38,673 nt of DNA from IMG/VR virus record IMGVR_UViG_3300020181_000020, positions 1 to 38,673 of that record. One strand, given 5' to 3'. This stretch comes from a virus. Lineage: Duplodnaviria; Caudoviricetes. Each line of letters begins with the position of its first letter. Within the stretch, counting starts at the first letter, position 1. Made by a program: the position numbers and the translations under genes. Under the pieces are notes generated by a model, which did no database searches, was not told the origin of the DNA, and saw only the letters and a list, made by a program, of their open reading frames with translations. Below, in pieces: positions 28,438-36,252 of this stretch.

Positions 28438-28745
28438 AACTCTTGGCAAGGGAGGTGGAGACAATAAAACTCTGCGCGAATCCCGAATGTGAAACACCGT
28501 TTGCACCGACCAGGCACAATCAGAAGTATTGCAGCAAGGAATGCTGCAAGGTTGTGACCAATGCCAAGATCATGCAACAATATTATGAAAAGAAGGATCG
28601 TAAGTCAGGCAAGAAGCGTCTATGCAAAAAGTGCAAGACGACGCCTCTGTCCAGATATAACGAGGGGACAACCTGCCAGTCATGTGTTTTGGCAGAACGA
28701 GCCTTAAATAGAATGGAACTATTGCAGTTAGTAGGTGTGGCGTGA
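28434..28745 (+). CDS. Cysteine-rich zinc-finger protein
   Basis: CANPEC...QKYCSKEC...CKKC...CQSC. Confidence 0.7.
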   Translation: MKLLAREVETIKLCANPECETPFAPTRHNQKYCSKECCKVVTNAKIMQQYYEKKDRKSGKKRLCKKCKTTPLSRYNEGTTCQSCVLAERALNRMELLQLVGVA

Positions 28746-29320
28746 GCCTCGTAAGTTTGCAAAAAACCAAAGCCTCGCGGGTTATGGGGATCGATTGCTC
28801 AACAAAATCGCTGGCGTTCTGTATCTTTTACAACCGGAAGCCGGTCAAGTGGGGGAAGGTGTTGTTCGAAGGTGCTACGGTATTCGACCGTCTTAAGGAC
28901 GCTTCGCAAAAGGTCGCAGCTTTGCTACATCAATTTGATGTTGACTTTATTGCGATGGAAGGTGCGATTCTTGCCAACAACAAGAACGTCCGAGTCACAA
29001 TTGATCTTTCGCTTGTCTATGGAGCGGTCCTTGCTCAATTACTCCTCGGACGCGCTAAGGTTATCCACGTCTCGCCGCTTGAATGGCAGCGAGCTATTGG
29101 AAATCCTCCGTTTACTAGAGCAGAAACCGCACAGATGAAGTTGGACTACCCAGGCAAGTCACCCTCATGGTATACTGGTCAGAAGCGAAAGATGCGCAAG
29201 CAGCGTACTATGGACTTCATTAACGACAAGTGGCCGGGTATGAAGATCACCGACGACGACGTTGGCGATGCCTGTGCAATCGCTTACTATGCGTACAACC
29301 AACTAACTAGGAGGAAATAA
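28742..29320 (+). CDS. RuvC-like resolvase
   Basis: VMGIDCST, IAME, DDVGDACAIA. Confidence 0.85.
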   Translation: MSLVSLQKTKASRVMGIDCSTKSLAFCIFYNRKPVKWGKVLFEGATVFDRLKDASQKVAALLHQFDVDFIAMEGAILANNKNVRVTIDLSLVYGAVLAQLLLGRAKVIHVSPLEWQRAIGNPPFTRAETAQMKLDYPGKSPSWYTGQKRKMRKQRTMDFINDKWPGMKITDDDVGDACAIAYYAYNQLTRRK

Positions 29321-29472
29321 TGCCAGCAGGATCAGCAGTAGTTGTCATTAACAACCAGAACACTGAGTGCCTAGAGACTTGCGGTGAAATGACTCCGTTT
29401 GTTTGGCTTATGATTGCCGTTCTAATTATTTTAGCAATAGCTTTATTAGTGGCTTGGTGGAGAGGAAGATAA
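29320..29472 (+). CDS. Small membrane protein (50 aa)
   Basis: AGGAGG SD, TAATG coupling, one hydrophobic helix. Confidence 0.6.
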   Translation: MPAGSAVVVINNQNTECLETCGEMTPFVWLMIAVLIILAIALLVAWWRGR

Positions 29473-29696
29473 TGCGTTGGCTTAAGAGGCTGTTTAGAAT
29501 TAAGAAGGGCAAGACTCCCTTTGCAACAATCACAACTATTGAGGGTAAGCGTCATTACAGCGCCCCGCCCGGTGGCTATGGTGATTGGAAGAATCCCACG
29601 GTTGACTTGTGGGGCAAGCGTAATACTTCCTCAGGAAAGTTTGAAAAGATCAAAAGAGAAGGCAAGCCTTTCAAGGGAGTTAAGAGGGAGAATTGA
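29472..29696 (+). CDS. Basic hypothetical protein
   Basis: ATG 29472 coupled to the previous stop. Confidence 0.55.
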   Translation: MRWLKRLFRIKKGKTPFATITTIEGKRHYSAPPGGYGDWKNPTVDLWGKRNTSSGKFEKIKREGKPFKGVKREN

Positions 29697-29830
29697 GTAA
29701 GCTATACCACAGTAAGAAGTGGCTGACTTTGCAACGCAAGCAAGGAAAGACTATCGCTCAGATTGCAGATCAATGTGGAGTCAGCTACCAAATAATAGAT
29801 ATTTACCTTAAGAAGTTTGGAATCCAGTGA
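29693..29830 (+). CDS. Small HTH protein (45 aa)
   Basis: KLYHSKKWL...KTIAQIADQCGVSYQIIDIYLKKFGI; GGGAG SD. Confidence 0.7.
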   Translation: MSKLYHSKKWLTLQRKQGKTIAQIADQCGVSYQIIDIYLKKFGIQ

Positions 29831-30606
29831 GATATAACAATAGACAAGAAGTAGAGCGGATCGGCCAGGCTGGTGCTCTGAGCGAGTGGCACGGTGATGA
29901 TGATTCCCGCTGTTGTCGAATGTTGTCATCGTATTGGCTTTATTGTGAGTATCCCGACGAGACATTCACTCGCCATGCAGCAAACGACGGGTATTGGGAG
30001 TCATGGATTACTACATGGTTTAGCAACAATGTAACTCCAAACGATAAATTCTTTGATATTGGTGCTAATGTAGGATACTATACCGGCTGGGCGGCACAGC
30101 ACAATTGTCGTGAGGTTGTTTCTTTTGAGCCAAACCCCAAAGTATACAGGTTGCTAGAAAAATCAATAAAGCTTAACGGTTGGGAGAACGTGACACCTGA
30201 GAATATTGCTCTTTCTAATCAACCCGGCAAAGTCACTTTGCATATTCCTGAGGGCCATTCTGGTGCAGCATCTATTGTAAGTGGCGGTGCGGGTATCACC
30301 GTTCAAGCCTGGCCTCTTGATGATGTCTGCTTGCAAATTTTTGGCAAGTCGGTAGCCAAGATCGATGCAGAAGGTGCTGAGCCTTTGATTTGGGAGGGAA
30401 TGCAAAAAAATTGGGAAACAGGAAACTTTACCGTTGTTTTAGAATGGCAGCGGGACCGGTATGATGCAGAAGCATTTGCCACAGAACTATATGAAAAGGC
30501 AGACGTGTCCATTATTACCCATGAGGGTATGGATAGGTTTTTGAGCAAGGACGAACTTTTGGATCGACCAGATTTAGAAATGCTAGTATTAAGGAAGAGA
30601 AGATGA
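29827..30606 (+). CDS. FkbM-family SAM-dependent methyltransferase
   Basis: FFDIGANVGYY, SFEPNP, KIDAEGAE. Confidence 0.9.
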   Translation: MRYNNRQEVERIGQAGALSEWHGDDDSRCCRMLSSYWLYCEYPDETFTRHAANDGYWESWITTWFSNNVTPNDKFFDIGANVGYYTGWAAQHNCREVVSFEPNPKVYRLLEKSIKLNGWENVTPENIALSNQPGKVTLHIPEGHSGAASIVSGGAGITVQAWPLDDVCLQIFGKSVAKIDAEGAEPLIWEGMQKNWETGNFTVVLEWQRDRYDAEAFATELYEKADVSIITHEGMDRFLSKDELLDRPDLEMLVLRKRR

Positions 30607-30716
30607 TTTCAGCTATTGCATTGCTCATTCTGTTCGCAGGACTATTTAGGGTTGCTTATAATCAAACTTTATCTGAGGATGAACTGCTAGATGAATTGAT
30701 AGGAGTAAAGAAGTGA
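30603..30716 (+). CDS. Small membrane peptide (37 aa)
   Basis: ATGA and GTGA overlaps; hydrophobic N-terminus. Confidence 0.5.
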   Translation: MISAIALLILFAGLFRVAYNQTLSEDELLDELIGVKK

Positions 30717-30928
30717 ACGATCCAGTAAACCACCCTTCACACTACACGGCATATCGGGGTGTGGAAGTAATTGAACTTACCGAGCAGATGAACTTTAATC
30801 GAGGCAATGCTGTAAAATATATTGCTCGCGCCGGTTTAAAGAGTAAGGATACAGAGCTTCAAGACTTAGAGAAAGCTCTTTGGTACATTAAGCGTGAAAT
30901 AGAGCGTCTTAGTCGTCCAACAACTTGA
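30713..30928 (+). CDS. DUF3310-like protein
   Basis: DPVNHPSHY...FNRGNAVKYIARAG.K...DLEKALWY. Confidence 0.85.
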   Translation: MNDPVNHPSHYTAYRGVEVIELTEQMNFNRGNAVKYIARAGLKSKDTELQDLEKALWYIKREIERLSRPTT

Positions 30929-30953
30929 CAAATGACGGTTTCGGGCTTATGAT
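30925..30953 (+). promoter_or_regulatory. SigA-type promoter of the terminase operon (leaderless)
   Basis: TTGACA-17nt-TATGAT; ATG 30960 follows a 6-nt gap with no SD. Confidence 0.7.
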
Positions 30954-30959
30954 CTAGAT

Positions 30960-31493
30960 ATGACAGCTTTAGCATTAAGGGACGACGAACCAGACAAGGT
31001 ACATGAGGTTATCAAGTACCACCTGGAAGGTCGTAATGCTACATGGATTGCTAAGAATACCGGGGTTGCCCGTAAGGACGTATTGAATTACGTTGAGCAA
31101 TTCAAGTCTGTTGCTAAGGATGATGACCTTTTGCGTGCGAGGGCGCAAGAGGTTGTCCATGAATTTGACGGACAGCACAACCGTATCATTTCAGAGCTTT
31201 GGGACGTTGTTGAAGAAGCAACGGATAAGAATGATCTTAAGACCCGAGCCACTGCACTAAAGAGCCTGTCTGATATTTCAGCCAAGAGGGTAGAAGTCCT
31301 ACAGAAGTCTGGACTCCTTTCTGATGCGGCTCTTGGTGATGAAATGGCTGAGATTGAGGAAAAGCAAGAGAAGCTTGTTGCTATCCTCCGCGAAGTTACC
31401 GCACACTGCAATAAGTGCAAGGTTGAAGTTGCACGCAGGCTTGCGGACGTTACGGGTAAGGTTGAGCCGATAACGATTGTTGAACCTGAGTAA
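30960..31493 (+). CDS. HTH protein, probable terminase small subunit
   Basis: N-terminal HTH (GRNATWIAKNTGVARKDV), helical body, TAATG-coupled to the large terminase. Confidence 0.6.
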   Translation: MTALALRDDEPDKVHEVIKYHLEGRNATWIAKNTGVARKDVLNYVEQFKSVAKDDDLLRARAQEVVHEFDGQHNRIISELWDVVEEATDKNDLKTRATALKSLSDISAKRVEVLQKSGLLSDAALGDEMAEIEEKQEKLVAILREVTAHCNKCKVEVARRLADVTGKVEPITIVEPE

Positions 31494-33322
31494 TGGCAGG
31501 CTTTGACGACTTTCTCGCAATCCTCGACGACAGCGAGTTCGAAGAAATCCCGGTTGACATTGATTCTTTCATCAAAGATGAAAGATACCTGAACCGTCCT
31601 GAGTTTAGCCTATCTCCTATTCAGAGAGAGGCTGTTCTGAACAGCACCCAAATCTATCGCAAGGAAACTCTGGAATCATTTATGACACCGGAGGAAGCCC
31701 AGCGCCGGTGGAATCAAACTAACCGTGAGGTAATCCTGATGCTTGGTAAGGGTTCAGGTAAGGACTTTATGAGTGGTATTTCATGTTGCTACATTATCTA
31801 CCTTCTACTTTGCCTAAAGGACCCTGCCAAGTATTATGGCAAGCCAAGTGGTGACTCAATTGACATTTTGAACATCGCTATCAACGCTGCCCAGGCTTCT
31901 AACGTATTCTTTGCTAACGTGTCCAGGCTTATCACTAAGTCTAACTGGTTCCAGGGTAAGTATGATGCAAGCCCAATGGGTCAGCCAGCAAGGCAGAACG
32001 TGTTCAATTTCATCAAGAATGTTAATCTATACTCAGGTCACTCCGAGCGAGAGGCTTGGGAGGGACTTAACTGTTTCATGGCCGTACTTGATGAGATTTC
32101 CGGTTTTGCCCTAGAGTCTGTATCCATTCAGGGTAAGACCGCAGATGCTATTTACAAGATGCACAGGGCCTCGGTTGATAGTCGTTTCCCTGAGTTTGGT
32201 AAGGTAGTAATGCTATCCTTCCCTCGATTCAAGGGTGACTTTATTTCCCAGCGTTATGACCATCACGTTGTAGCAAAGCAGGTTGTCAAGCGTAGTGCAA
32301 CATTAAAGCTTAACCCTGACCTACCGGACGGCTTCCAGGGCAATGAGATTACTATTGAGTGGGATGAAGACCACATTGAAGGTTATAAGTTTAAGGGAAC
32401 ATATGCGTTAAAGCGTCCTACTTGGGACGTTAACCCCGGAAGGCGTATCGAAGACTTTGCAATTTCGTTTGCTGACGATTATGTTGACTCACTAGGTCGT
32501 TTTGCATGTATGCCGCCTGAGGCGGTTGACGCATTCTTCAAGGATCGTAACAAGATCGAAGAGGCATTCAAGGAGCCTAACGGTGTAGTTAACGAAGGTG
32601 ATTCCCGTGGTGAGTTCCATTGGGATTTTAGCCCTAAGGAAAATGTACAATACTTCGTACACGTTGACCTTGCTCAGAAGCACGACCGTTGTGCGGTAGC
32701 ATTGGCTCACGTTGACGGTTGGGTTACTCGTAAGTTCGGTGAAAAGATTACTGAACCTGCCCCTATGGTGATTGTAGATGCCCTGAGATTTTGGGAGCCA
32801 TCAAAGAATAATGAGGTTGACTTTACGGAGGTTCAGGAGTATATTGTGTCTCTACAGCGCAAGGGATTCAACCTGCGCCTGGTAACCTTCGACCAGTGGC
32901 GCAGCGAGGATATGAGAAAGTATCTGAGTTCCATTGGAATCAGGACTGACCTTCTATCCATCAAGAAAGAGCAGTATGTTGATATGGCGGTTATTATGAA
33001 CGAATCAAGGCTTAAGGGGCCGGATGAACCAAAGTTGCGTGAAGAGCTTTTGCAGCTTAGACTGTTCCCTAATGGAAAGATTGACCACATGCGTCAAGGT
33101 TATAAGGACTTAAGTGATGCAACATGTGGAGCTATTTTCAACGCATTAACTCGTACTCCTCGTGATCTAAACCCTGTAATTGAGGTTAAGACGGCTAGGG
33201 ATTATAGGAAGGCGGAACGGAATGTAGTGCCCGAAAACAGGAATGTTATCAAGGCCCCTAAAAAGACCAGTGATATGCCACCTGAGATTCGGGCACACTT
33301 GCAGTCCATCGGAATCATATGA
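31493..33322 (+). CDS. Terminase large subunit
   Basis: LSPIQ Q-motif, GKGSGKD Walker A, AVLDE Walker B, HVDLA nuclease motif, TFDQW, KDLSDA. Confidence 0.88.
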   Translation: MAGFDDFLAILDDSEFEEIPVDIDSFIKDERYLNRPEFSLSPIQREAVLNSTQIYRKETLESFMTPEEAQRRWNQTNREVILMLGKGSGKDFMSGISCCYIIYLLLCLKDPAKYYGKPSGDSIDILNIAINAAQASNVFFANVSRLITKSNWFQGKYDASPMGQPARQNVFNFIKNVNLYSGHSEREAWEGLNCFMAVLDEISGFALESVSIQGKTADAIYKMHRASVDSRFPEFGKVVMLSFPRFKGDFISQRYDHHVVAKQVVKRSATLKLNPDLPDGFQGNEITIEWDEDHIEGYKFKGTYALKRPTWDVNPGRRIEDFAISFADDYVDSLGRFACMPPEAVDAFFKDRNKIEEAFKEPNGVVNEGDSRGEFHWDFSPKENVQYFVHVDLAQKHDRCAVALAHVDGWVTRKFGEKITEPAPMVIVDALRFWEPSKNNEVDFTEVQEYIVSLQRKGFNLRLVTFDQWRSEDMRKYLSSIGIRTDLLSIKKEQYVDMAVIMNESRLKGPDEPKLREELLQLRLFPNGKIDHMRQGYKDLSDATCGAIFNALTRTPRDLNPVIEVKTARDYRKAERNVVPENRNVIKAPKKTSDMPPEIRAHLQSIGII

Positions 33323-33552
33323 TAGAGTGTCAGTGTGTGGAGAGGCATGTACCACTTCCTCTGTCCTACCGACAGGTAGAGGTTCAGGGAGAGGTTGTGC
33401 AACTATGTCCGACCACCTATAGTAACGTGAGGAACTTGTTGACAGAGTTCATCAAGCGTGATAGTATTCCCCCAGGAAGAATAACCAAGCACTACTCAAA
33501 GTATGTGCGTGAGCTATGTTTAAATATGTGGAAGGAAACAAAAATGGACTAG
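33319..33552 (+). CDS. Hypothetical protein
   Basis: 77 aa, ATGA overlap with terminase. Confidence 0.6.
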   Translation: MIECQCVERHVPLPLSYRQVEVQGEVVQLCPTTYSNVRNLLTEFIKRDSIPPGRITKHYSKYVRELCLNMWKETKMD

Positions 33553-33573
33553 GCTAGCAGATTATGCTATAAT
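33545..33573 (+). promoter_or_regulatory. SigA-type promoter
   Basis: TGGACT-17nt-TATAAT with extended -10 TG. Confidence 0.55.
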
Positions 33574-33590
33574 GAATGCGGAGGTGGATC

Positions 33591-34118
33591 GTGGCTAGAA
33601 TGGCTATAAAGATGACTCGTGCTGAGGCCGAGCAGTTTCTAAAGGATCGTGACGGCAACCAGTGTATGTTTCCTGGTTGTGACCGTCCACTTGATGACCC
33701 CAAGGACATTAACACTCTTGACCACATCTACCCTCAGTTTCTTGCAAAGAGGGACGGTTGGACTAGAGAAGAGACAGACGACATAAGCAACCTACAGCTT
33801 ATGCACAAGACCTGCAACGCAATTAAGGGTCACCAGCTACCGGACGAGAACGGTGAATTCCGTGTTCCGGTTCGTGAGCCTAAGGTGCAGAAGGGTCCAC
33901 GTCCTGAGTTGTGTGATCTGTGTGAGTCTGGTCGTGCGCTACAAATGGACGAGACTTGTCCTGACTGTGGTAGCGAGGCTCAGCCTAAGCGTTGGCCTGG
34001 TGTCCTACAGCGTAAGCCTAAGGAATGTGACCACTCAACGTTCCACTGCTGGATGTGTGTTGTTCACCAGCCTGATCTGCGTGTACCTGCCATTCAGCGG
34101 ATAATCACAGGCCCATAG
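33591..34118 (+). CDS. HNH endonuclease with C-terminal Cys-rich domain
   Basis: RDGNQC...TLDHIYP...SNLQLMHKTCNAIKG, then CDLC, CPDC and C.H...CWMC; GGAGGT SD before GTG 33591. Confidence 0.85.
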   Translation: MARMAIKMTRAEAEQFLKDRDGNQCMFPGCDRPLDDPKDINTLDHIYPQFLAKRDGWTREETDDISNLQLMHKTCNAIKGHQLPDENGEFRVPVREPKVQKGPRPELCDLCESGRALQMDETCPDCGSEAQPKRWPGVLQRKPKECDHSTFHCWMCVVHQPDLRVPAIQRIITGP

Positions 34119-34126
34119 GAGGAAAC

Positions 34127-34270
34127 ATGAGATTGTGGGTATTTACCCTTCCTGGTTTCTTTTTTCTGGTCACCGCCCTGATTATAGTTAGTGCGTCTTT
34201 TCCTTTGGCATTCATTAGTATGGTGCTATATGTTTTGATGTGTTCAATTCTAATCGAGGGGGAACAATGA
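34127..34270 (+). CDS. Small membrane protein (47 aa)
   Basis: AGGAGG SD; two hydrophobic segments. Confidence 0.55.
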   Translation: MRLWVFTLPGFFFLVTALIIVSASFPLAFISMVLYVLMCSILIEGEQ

Positions 34271-34396
34271 CCATAATATGGTTTAGTTTGCTGGCTTTGG
34301 CCGGTTATGGACTAGGTTGCCTGTGCTTCCCTAAGTATTAGACTATTTCCCTGAGGGGAGGTGGTTAATTTGACTTAGACCTAGTAGTAAGATGTA

Positions 34397-34491
34397 GTGA
34401 GGTTGCCACAGGGACATTAAAACTGTGCTGGCTGCTGCCACCCCCGTATGCACTTAAAATAAGCCGTGCGGGAACGTCAGCCCAACCTCAC
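34397..34491 (+). ncRNA. Unclassified structured RNA
   Basis: GTGAGGTTG/CAACCTCAC closing stem with nested CACAG/CTGTG, GGCTG/CAGCC and CCCGTAT/GTGCGGG helices in an intergenic gap. Confidence 0.5.
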
Positions 34492-34512
34492 CCAAACAAG
34501 GGGTTGACAGCG

Positions 34513-34632
34513 ATGAAGATGCTTGGTAAGCTTGGCTGGTTCGGTCAGTGTGCTTGCTGCTCTGGCCCCCGGTCCAAGCGTGAAATGAAGCGCTTAGAAA
34601 AGCGCCAATGGCGAAAGGAGCTAGATGGGTAA
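34513..34632 (+). CDS. Small basic Cys-containing peptide (39 aa)
   Basis: MKMLGKLGWFGQCACCSGPRSKREMKRLEKRQWRKELDG; start uncertain. Confidence 0.4.
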   Translation: MKMLGKLGWFGQCACCSGPRSKREMKRLEKRQWRKELDG

Positions 34633-34954
34633 ACTTCTTATTATACTTATTATGCTTGCGATCCTATTCTTTATCCTGTATAAGATCATTAGCTTTTTTG
34701 GATATTTGATCTTTCCACAAGAGAATACAAACCAGCTTTATTGGTGTGCTTGTGGTTGTGATCGAAAGTTTACAGAGCGCGCCGGTTGGGACGGTTATCA
34801 TGGTCCTGACTCCAACAACCCTGCACATTGGGATGCTCAGATGCTAGACTACAAGAAGCCTCCCAAGGCTATTGACTACGACCCTAACAACGTGGTAGGC
34901 TGGGAAGATATTCAGTGGACTGTTGAGAAGCGACTGCCTAAGGAAAATCGATGA
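34625..34954 (+). CDS. Membrane-anchored hypothetical protein
   Basis: AAGGAG SD; N-terminal hydrophobic helix; CACGC. Confidence 0.6.
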   Translation: MGKLLIILIMLAILFFILYKIISFFGYLIFPQENTNQLYWCACGCDRKFTERAGWDGYHGPDSNNPAHWDAQMLDYKKPPKAIDYDPNNVVGWEDIQWTVEKRLPKENR

Positions 34955-35178
34955 TTTGGTATGATGTTGTGACCAAGGACCCGGTTGCGCCCGGTAGCTG
35001 TGAAGATTCAGGCATTCCTTCTATTGAAGGTTATGACTGTGTAAATTGCAAGAGGCATGTGGACCCTGATTGGGATAGTTATGACGTACATGCCGGTGGC
35101 AAGGTGGCTCCACTTATTAGAGTGGGATATGGTCTCTGTCCTGAGTGCGGGTTTATTATGTTAACTACTATAGTTTAG
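34951..35178 (+). CDS. Small zinc-ribbon protein
   Basis: CVNC...CPECG. Confidence 0.6.
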   Translation: MIWYDVVTKDPVAPGSCEDSGIPSIEGYDCVNCKRHVDPDWDSYDVHAGGKVAPLIRVGYGLCPECGFIMLTTIV

Positions 35179-35186
35179 GAAGTATA

Positions 35187-35660
35187 ATGGGATATTATAC
35201 AAGATATGATCTAGATGTTGTGAGTGACCAGTCGGACCCGGTTGAGCTGGAGAGGTTCTTAAAGGATCGCAATAGTGGTAAGACTTTCGGTAGTTATGAT
35301 CTACCATTAGACCTTTCTGATTCAGAGTCTATGAAGTGGTATGACTGGCAGGAAGATATGGTTGCTCTTTCAAAGGAGTATCCTAATGTTTTGCTTACTC
35401 TAAGTGGTGAGGGAGAAGAGTCCGGAGATATCTGGAAGGCTTACTTTATGAATGGTGAAGCCCAGCATGTTGCTGCAAAGATCGTATTTTCTGATCCAGA
35501 TTTCTCTAAATTTAAGAAGATTGATCTAACTGAGAAGCGTGCTAAAGAAATAGAAGAGACTAGAATTCGCCTAGAGGCCGAGTTGTCTGCTAAGAAGCTA
35601 GCGTTGGAAATCGAAACAAACAGAATCCAACAGGAGCTTGACAAGCTCAACTCAGCCTGA
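35187..35660 (+). CDS. Hypothetical phage protein
   Basis: MGYYT...KWYDWQEDM..LSKEYP...GEGEE.GDIWK; coiled-coil tail. Confidence 0.75.
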   Translation: MGYYTRYDLDVVSDQSDPVELERFLKDRNSGKTFGSYDLPLDLSDSESMKWYDWQEDMVALSKEYPNVLLTLSGEGEESGDIWKAYFMNGEAQHVAAKIVFSDPDFSKFKKIDLTEKRAKEIEETRIRLEAELSAKKLALEIETNRIQQELDKLNSA

Positions 35661-35666
35661 TAGAAT
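35638..35666 (+). promoter_or_regulatory. SigA-type promoter upstream of tRNA(CUA)
   Basis: TTGACA-17nt-TAGAAT with extended -10 TG. Confidence 0.75.
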
Positions 35667-35715
35667 AGAACGTGTCAGGGAAGCGGTCCTGAGAATGACT
35701 TGAAACTTCTCATAA

Positions 35716-35786
35716 GCCCCTATAGTATAACGGTAGTGCGGTCCTCTCTAAAAGGGCAAGTGGCGGCTCGAAATCGTCTAGGGGCA
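35716..35786 (+). tRNA. tRNA with CUA anticodon (putative amber suppressor)
   Basis: GCCCCTA/TAGGGGC acceptor stem; GTCCT-CTCTAAA-AGGGC anticodon arm; GGCGG-CTCGAAA-TCGTC T arm. Confidence 0.75.
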
Positions 35787-35791
35787 CAAGG

Positions 35792-35820
35792 TTGACAACA
35801 AAGTCAACGAGTGCTACAAT
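35792..35820 (+). promoter_or_regulatory. SigA-type promoter upstream of tRNA-Gln
   Basis: TTGACA-17nt-TACAAT with extended -10 TG. Confidence 0.75.
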
Positions 35821-35828
35821 ATAGGTAT

Positions 35829-35899
35829 ACTCGGATCGTCTAACGGCAAGACATTGGTTTCTGGTACCAAGAATTGAGGTTCGAATCCTTGTCCGAGTG
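35829..35899 (+). tRNA. tRNA-Gln(CTG)
   Basis: ACTCGGA/TCCGAGT; TTGGT-TTCTGGT-ACCAA; GGTTCGAATCC. Confidence 0.9.
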
Positions 35900-35940
35900 C
35901 AAGTCGAAAGACTAATTTGTAATATCAGGAGGTGCTACAT

Positions 35941-36060
35941 ATGGCTAGAGGTAAGGGTCGTTACACTCCAAAGCTAAACCAGGGACGTGCTCCTTGGCGC
36001 AGGAGTCGTGAAAACACAGCTGCTCGCAACGTTATCGGTAACTACAAGTCTGGTAAGTAA
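35941..36060 (+). CDS. Small basic peptide (39 aa)
   Basis: AGGAGGT SD; MARGKGRYTPKLNQGRAPWRRSRENTAARNVIGNYKSGK. Confidence 0.65.
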   Translation: MARGKGRYTPKLNQGRAPWRRSRENTAARNVIGNYKSGK

Positions 36061-36070
36061 GACAAGTTGC

Positions 36071-36099
36071 TTGACAACGTGAGTAGCACCTGATAGACT
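36071..36099 (+). promoter_or_regulatory. SigA-type promoter of the first Y-like RNA/tRNA operon
   Basis: TTGACA-17nt-TAGACT with extended -10 TG. Confidence 0.75.
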
Positions 36100-36101
36100 T
36101 G

Positions 36102-36177
36102 AAAAGAGCGGGCCGGATGGTTTTGGTTATCTTATTGGAAATGAAAACACCGATTCCAGCAACATGACCGTTCTTTT
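36102..36177 (+). ncRNA. Y RNA-like scaffold copy 1 (short insert)
   Basis: AAAAGAGCGG/CCGTTCTTTT outer stem; CGGA, GGTTATC and AACAT motifs. Confidence 0.6.
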
Positions 36178-36180
36178 TAT

Positions 36181-36252
36181 GCGGATGTAATTTAACGGCT
36201 AGAATATGGCGCTTCCACCGCCAGTGTCAGGGTTCGATTCCCTGTATCCGCA
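36181..36252 (+). tRNA. tRNA-Gly(TCC)
   Basis: GCGGATG/TATCCGC; TGGCG-CTTCCAC-CGCCA; GGTTCGATTCC. Confidence 0.9.

Noticed and set aside
17266-33322. Inteins or introns in DnaB, DnaE, RecA or terminase
   Set aside because: Lengths are normal, motifs are contiguous, and no intein HN-C/S/T junctions with homing-endonuclease inserts were seen.
68-35650. Minus-strand and alternate-frame ORFs in the track, including 14591-15172
   Set aside because: They are shadows of well-supported + strand genes with no recognisable motifs.
35716-35786. tRNA-Pyl or genome-wide TAG recoding
   Set aside because: Lacks tRNA-Pyl structural hallmarks, no pyl genes are seen, and long genes contain no in-frame TAG.
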